A stretch of DNA of 64,000 nt, taken from NCBI GenBank assembly GCA_033723415.1, contig JAWVXD010000006.1:1-64000 (forward strand), in the 5' to 3' direction. Source of the DNA: Sulfurospirillaceae bacterium (GTDB lineage Bacteria > Campylobacterota > Campylobacteria > Campylobacterales > Sulfurospirillaceae). Below, one piece after another: positions 59,595-64,000 of the stretch. The notes below the pieces were generated by a model. The model saw only the letters and a list, made by a program, of their open reading frames with translations, was not told the DNA's origin and made no database searches. How positions within the stretch are numbered: the first letter of the stretch is position 1; the number at the start of each line of letters is the position of its first letter. The translations under genes and the position numbers were made by a program.

Positions 59595-60506
59595 TCATAA
59601 AATAGGGATTATCAAAAATAAACTTCCCATACAAACCAGAGTTTGAAGTGTTATGATGGAAGCCATAAGCATTACGTCTCCGCCTAACTCTCTTGCTAAG
59701 ATATATCCGGAAACTGCTGTTGGCATTGCTCCAAAGATCACAGCAATACTAAGAGGCATACCACTTAGCCCAAACAACATGCCAATACCATATATAACAG
59801 CAGGAAAATAAAAAAGTTTAGCAATGGTTGCAACGACAAGCTCACTCTTTGCCGCATGCAAATATCTCAATTCTAAGCCGACTCCTACAGATAATAGACC
59901 CATAGGAAGAGCCGCATTACTCAAAACTCCAAAAGCTCTAAATATTACAGCTGGCATGGCTATATCACTATAATTTACGATTCCACCGACCAAACAAGCC
60001 AGTATTAGAGGGTTTTTGGCAACAGTTTTAAAAAATGCTCTGAAAGAAAAATCTCTGTGTCTTGTATATATAGCAAAAGTCGAGATACATAAAACATTGA
60101 TGAAAGGGATCACAAAAGCCATAACTATCGCTGCTAAAACCAATCCTTTGTCACCATAAACAGAATCAACAAAAGCCAAAAGAACATATGAATTAAATCT
60201 TACACCGCCTTGTATTATAGAAGTAAACGCCCTATTGTCAAATTTGATAATTAAATTTAAGACAACTAAGGTCAAGAAAACTACAATAATACTAGAGAGT
60301 GCCGTACCGACTAGATTGATCGTATGAGATAGATCTACTTTTGCATTTGAGAGTTTATAAACCAATAGTGAGGGCATCAGAACATAATAAGTCAATTTAT
60401 CGGCAAGCGGCCAAAAATCAGTAGCAGGAAACTTTATACGTTTCAAAAAATATCCAAGCAGTATAAGTGAAAAAATCGGTATCAACGTATTAATTATGTG
60501 TTCCAT
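59595..60506 (-). CDS. AEC family (auxin efflux carrier) transporter
   Basis: LIPIFSLILLG, RFNSY, NPLILA and MPTAVSGYILARELGGD motifs. Confidence 0.9.
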   Translation of the reverse strand: MEHIINTLIPIFSLILLGYFLKRIKFPATDFWPLADKLTYYVLMPSLLVYKLSNAKVDLSHTINLVGTALSSIIVVFLTLVVLNLIIKFDNRAFTSIIQGGVRFNSYVLLAFVDSVYGDKGLVLAAIVMAFVIPFINVLCISTFAIYTRHRDFSFRAFFKTVAKNPLILACLVGGIVNYSDIAMPAVIFRAFGVLSNAALPMGLLSVGVGLELRYLHAAKSELVVATIAKLFYFPAVIYGIGMLFGLSGMPLSIAVIFGAMPTAVSGYILARELGGDVMLMASIITLQTLVCMGSLFLIIPIL

Positions 60507-60515
60507 AAAACCTTC

Positions 60516-60860
60516 TTAGTTTTTAGTCCTAAAGCCTTCTTTTTTGACAAGCTCTTTTAATTTTTGTTGGCAATCGCCTTGAAACTCCATCCAGCCATCT
60601 TTTGAAGTGCCTCCGGTCCCAAGTATCTTTTTAAAATTTTTACACAACTCTTTTAGCTCATTCGTATCTATAAAGAACTCTCCGACCAAACTAACGCTCT
60701 TGCCTCTTCTTTTTTCTATCTTAAAGACCAAAGAGTGCTCATGGCGAGCTTTTATCTCTTTGTTCTTAGTTTTTTTATCATCTTTTTCAAAACTCCAATC
60801 TTTGTCATGATTCAAAGAAGAGCCTATCTCAAAGAGATTTTTATGCACCTGCTTGCTCAT
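60516..60860 (-). CDS. Translation initiation factor SUI1/YciH
   Basis: EKRRGKSV and K..LGTGGTSKDG..EFQGD motifs. Confidence 0.85.
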   Translation of the reverse strand: MSKQVHKNLFEIGSSLNHDKDWSFEKDDKKTKNKEIKARHEHSLVFKIEKRRGKSVSLVGEFFIDTNELKELCKNFKKILGTGGTSKDGWMEFQGDCQQKLKELVKKEGFRTKN

Positions 60861-62436
60861 TGTAAGTTTCGTAATCACCCTTGAAATCTACAAAAGTTCC
60901 ATCAGGTTTTAATTCTATGATCCTATTTGCAAAAGCATCTATAAGCTCTCTATCGTGAGTAGCGCAAATAACATTTCCATCAAAATTATATAATCCCTCT
61001 CCCAGTGCGATGATAGCTTCTAGATCAAGATGATTATCCGGTTCATCCAAAAGCAAAAAATTTCCTCGTTGTAACATCATCTTCGAGAGCATCATACGAT
61101 GTTTTTCTCCACCGCTAATACTTTTGATGCTTTTTTTCTGCTCTTCACCCGAAAAAAGCATCCTGCCCAAACATTTTCTAACCTCATCCAAATCTTTTTT
61201 CTCATCATAAGTCTGAAGCCATTCATAGAGCAATTCATCACCATTTATAATGTCAGTTGTATTTTGAGGAAAATAACTAGGTTCGATCGTAGCACCCCAT
61301 TTTATATCTCCGCTGTCAGCTTTCAGCTCATCTATAATGATACTTAGAAGAGTTGTCTTACCTACACCGTTTGGTCCTATCAGTGCTATTTTATCGCCTT
61401 TTTCAACCTTAAAACCGATATCTTTTAAAACAATATTATCATCGTAAGATTTATTGATCCCTTCTATTTCCAAGACTTCGTTTCCTATCTCTCTTTTCAT
61501 CTTAAAAACGATACTTGGATCACGTCTTGTTGAAGTTTGTATATCTTCTATAACAAGTTTTTCAAGTCTTTTCTGTCTACTTGTAGCTTGTTTTGCTTTT
61601 GAAGCATTGGCAGAAAATCTTCTTACAAATGCTTCCAGTTCTTCTTTTTCTTTTAGTTTTTTGTTTTGTTCCAATTCTTGTTGTTTCAATAAAAGATTAG
61701 AAGCCATATACCAATCATCGTAATTTCCGCTGAATTCTCTGATCTTTTTGTAGTCTACGTCTAAAATATTTGTACATATTGAATTTAAGAAGTGTCTGTC
61801 ATGAGATATTACGACCATAGTACCTTCGTGTTTTTTCAACTGCTCCTCAAGCCAGGCAATTGCGTGCAAGTCTAGATTGTTCGTAGGCTCATCTAGAAAC
61901 AGGACATCCGGTTTTGGAAACAATACTTGAGCTAGAAGAATCTTAAATTTGTCTCCGCCGGTGAGTGAACTCATAAGATCATTGTGAGTCTCTATCTCAA
62001 AACCAAGTGAGCTTAAAATCTTTTCAATATTGACATCTACTTCATAGGTAGGATCTTCTTCAGAGCAAATTATTTCAAGTTCTGACAGTCTGTCATTTAC
62101 TTTTTCATCATCAAAATCACCATTTATATATAAATCTTCTTTCTCTTTAATAGCATCATAAAGTCTCTTATTGCCATACATTACGGCATCTTTTAGAGTA
62201 AATTTTTCATAAGCGTATTGATTTTGACTCAGTGTTCCCACGCGAAGGCCGTTTTGTACGGATATATTACCGCTGGTCGGAGGGATTTCTCCTGAGAGAA
62301 TCTTCATAAATGTACTTTTGCCGGCACCGTTTGCACCTATAAGACCATATCTTTTACCTACATCAAGCTTTAGATTGATGTTTTCAAATAAAACACGTGG
62401 ACCATATCTCATCGTTACGCTATTGACTTCTACCAT
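60841..62436 (-). CDS. ABC-F family ATPase (YbiT-like)
   Basis: Two ABC domains (GANGAGKST, DEPTNNLD; GPNGVGKTT, SGGEK), linker FSANASKAKQATSR, no TM segments. Confidence 0.92.
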   Translation of the reverse strand: MVEVNSVTMRYGPRVLFENINLKLDVGKRYGLIGANGAGKSTFMKILSGEIPPTSGNISVQNGLRVGTLSQNQYAYEKFTLKDAVMYGNKRLYDAIKEKEDLYINGDFDDEKVNDRLSELEIICSEEDPTYEVDVNIEKILSSLGFEIETHNDLMSSLTGGDKFKILLAQVLFPKPDVLFLDEPTNNLDLHAIAWLEEQLKKHEGTMVVISHDRHFLNSICTNILDVDYKKIREFSGNYDDWYMASNLLLKQQELEQNKKLKEKEELEAFVRRFSANASKAKQATSRQKRLEKLVIEDIQTSTRRDPSIVFKMKREIGNEVLEIEGINKSYDDNIVLKDIGFKVEKGDKIALIGPNGVGKTTLLSIIIDELKADSGDIKWGATIEPSYFPQNTTDIINGDELLYEWLQTYDEKKDLDEVRKCLGRMLFSGEEQKKSIKSISGGEKHRMMLSKMMLQRGNFLLLDEPDNHLDLEAIIALGEGLYNFDGNVICATHDRELIDAFANRIIELKPDGTFVDFKGDYETYNEQAGA

Positions 62437-62500
62437 ATATTATCTACTTTCAATTTATAATTTTTGGGCGATTATACCATATATTTTTGGAAGGAAAAGT

Positions 62501-62533
62501 TTGATTTAGGAGGTTTATAACCTCCTAAATCAA
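62501..62533 (-). terminator. Intrinsic terminator after dapD
   Basis: TTGATTTAGGAGGTT-TAT-AACCTCCTAAATCAA inverted repeat overlapping the dapD stop. Confidence 0.7.
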
Positions 62534-63735
62534 TGAAGTTCACTATTTAAGACTATTTCTCTTTGACTTCTAAGTGCCATGATCATGCCGTTTGTACTAT
62601 TTTGACGGAAATGAAGTCCATTCATGCCCGACAATTCTAATCCTTTAAAAAATTTAATTTTTTCACTCTCTTCAAAATTAAAATCTGGATTTACTTCTTT
62701 TATCTTTTGTAGCTGCTGCGGTGCGATAGCAATCTTTGTACCTTCCAATATAGAAATACCGGCATCTACGATACAACCATCACCCAGAGGAATACCCGTG
62801 ACTGAATTAGCACCAAGAAGAGTATTTTCACCTATACTTACAGGATTTCCGTTAGTTCCGCTTAGAACTCCCAAAATACTGGCACCGCCTCCGACATCAC
62901 TGCCTTTTCCTACTATGGCTGAGGAACTTATACGTCCTTCAACCATAACGGCACCTGTCGTACCTGCATTAAAGTTTATATAACTGGCTCCTGGCATAAC
63001 AGTAGTTCCAGCTGCCAATTGGGCACCCATCCTAACTTTTGAACTGTCTAATATACGAGTATTGTCATCCGGTATTATGTGTGATAAAAATCTAGGAAAT
63101 TTATCTACAGAATCTATGGTTGGATAAGCACCGAGAAGCTTAAGTTCTATTTCATTTTCCCTAAGCCAAGCAAGCTCTATCGCTTCTCTTCCGCTCCAAG
63201 CTACATTTGGCAAGATCCCAAATGCTCCACTTAGATTAAGACTTCTAAGTTTTGCTTTTCCTGATGACAAGGCATAAAGTTTAAGATAAACGCTCTCTAC
63301 GCTTTTAGGACTATCATCTTCAAAGATAAAGACAATTTTATAATCTTTTAGGTCTATATCCTTTTTCATACATTGCAAAACATTTATGACTTGGACGTTT
63401 TTGTGAGAATCACCTTCGGCATCATTCAAAAAAGGATAGAAAGCCTTATATGCAAACTTGATAAATTTTTTATCTATATTTGATACAAATTCACTACTGC
63501 CGAAGTCAACTTCAATTCCACTTTGTATCAAAGCTTCGACAAATATAGCAAAAGAACCAAAATTTTCATTCCAGTTTATCACCGGAAAATTTGCCTGTAG
63601 GATCAAATCCTGATTTAGTTGTCCTCGATCAACCTTCGCAATACCAAAACCGAGAGGTTTTCTATAACCCTCTCTGGCTTCGACAGAAGCTATCAATTCC
63701 TTAAACTCTTCCACACTTTCTATGATTTTTGACAA
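62530..63735 (-). CDS. dapD: Tetrahydrodipicolinate N-succinyltransferase (Campylobacterota long form)
   Basis: YLKLYALS, VDKFPR, RILDSSKVRMGA and NFNAGT..MVEGRISS motifs; hexapeptide repeats. Confidence 0.93.
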   Translation of the reverse strand: MSKIIESVEEFKELIASVEAREGYRKPLGFGIAKVDRGQLNQDLILQANFPVINWNENFGSFAIFVEALIQSGIEVDFGSSEFVSNIDKKFIKFAYKAFYPFLNDAEGDSHKNVQVINVLQCMKKDIDLKDYKIVFIFEDDSPKSVESVYLKLYALSSGKAKLRSLNLSGAFGILPNVAWSGREAIELAWLRENEIELKLLGAYPTIDSVDKFPRFLSHIIPDDNTRILDSSKVRMGAQLAAGTTVMPGASYINFNAGTTGAVMVEGRISSSAIVGKGSDVGGGASILGVLSGTNGNPVSIGENTLLGANSVTGIPLGDGCIVDAGISILEGTKIAIAPQQLQKIKEVNPDFNFEESEKIKFFKGLELSGMNGLHFRQNSTNGMIMALRSQREIVLNSELH

Positions 63736-63754
63736 TACTTTTCCTTTTTAACTT

Positions 63755-64000
63755 CTAGTGACAACCGCAACTTGGACCACAGCCCTCTTCTTTTTTAGGC
63801 TCAGGTGCTGCTGCTGCAGTTGAGCATGCACTTGGAGCGCCGTTTACGCCCATTGTCGGTTGAATTGATTCGTTGCTTACGCCGCCTTCTTCATTGATCT
63901 TTTCAATATCTTTCCATAATCTTGCTGCTGCTTCTTGATATCTTTTCGCACTTTCACTCTCAGGATGAAAGAAGACCACAGGTTTTCCTGCATCTCCGCC
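63755..64000 (-). CDS. mrp: Mrp/ApbC Fe-S carrier ATPase, C-terminal part (truncated by window edge)
   Basis: GGDAGKPVVFFHPESESAKRY is typical of the Mrp C-terminus; Cys/His-rich tail GCGPSCGCH. Confidence 0.75.
   Translation of the reverse strand, partial: GGDAGKPVVFFHPESESAKRYQEAAARLWKDIEKINEEGGVSNESIQPTMGVNGAPSACSTAAAAPEPKKEEGCGPSCGCH

Noticed and set aside
77..62983. Numerous 60-170 aa ORFs antisense to or nested in long genes (e.g. 21369-21869, 38529-38987, 58654-59061)
   Set aside because: Shadow ORFs overlapping well-supported genes, with no recognisable motifs.

Overview
AT-rich bacterial chromosomal window whose gene set and style (mqnE, long-form dapD, GlnD-like protein, dppABCDF, Mrp) point to Campylobacterota, probably a free-living Sulfurospirillum/Sulfurimonas-like organism (inference). 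1-18.7 kb (minus strand) is a surface-polysaccharide cluster that continues off the left edge. It encodes a GDP-colitose route (manC-gmd-colC-colD), a CDP-3,6-dideoxy/branched-sugar route (rfbF-rfbG-yerE-like-reductase-rfbH), a flippase, five glycosyltransferases and the start of an fnlA-like gene. Next come ornithine cyclodeaminase-arginase, purine salvage genes, mqnE, a lone trpB and glnD-glmS. Directly after glmS is a deletion scar joining the 3' end of an arsenite-oxidase (AioA/IdrA-like) gene back-to-back to the 3' end of a sigma54 activator. It is followed by a non-canonical cytochrome bd-like CydA-cytochrome c/CydA' pair, SYLF, GNAT-nitrilase and SoxW-like genes, and a glycine-cleavage operon with lipA, lpdA and a 2-oxoacid decarboxylase. 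The dpp operon runs into DUF2333, an unannotated CxxU selenoprotein (in-frame TGA plus SECIS-like hairpin) and an Asp-to-Cys pseudo-receiver protein. A MarR-YeeE-YeeE-'C-terminal Cys arm' protein-exported rhodanese locus looks like a sulfur-trafficking system. No rRNA, tRNA, CRISPR array or transposase was recognised. All calls come from motif recognition by eye; no searches were run.
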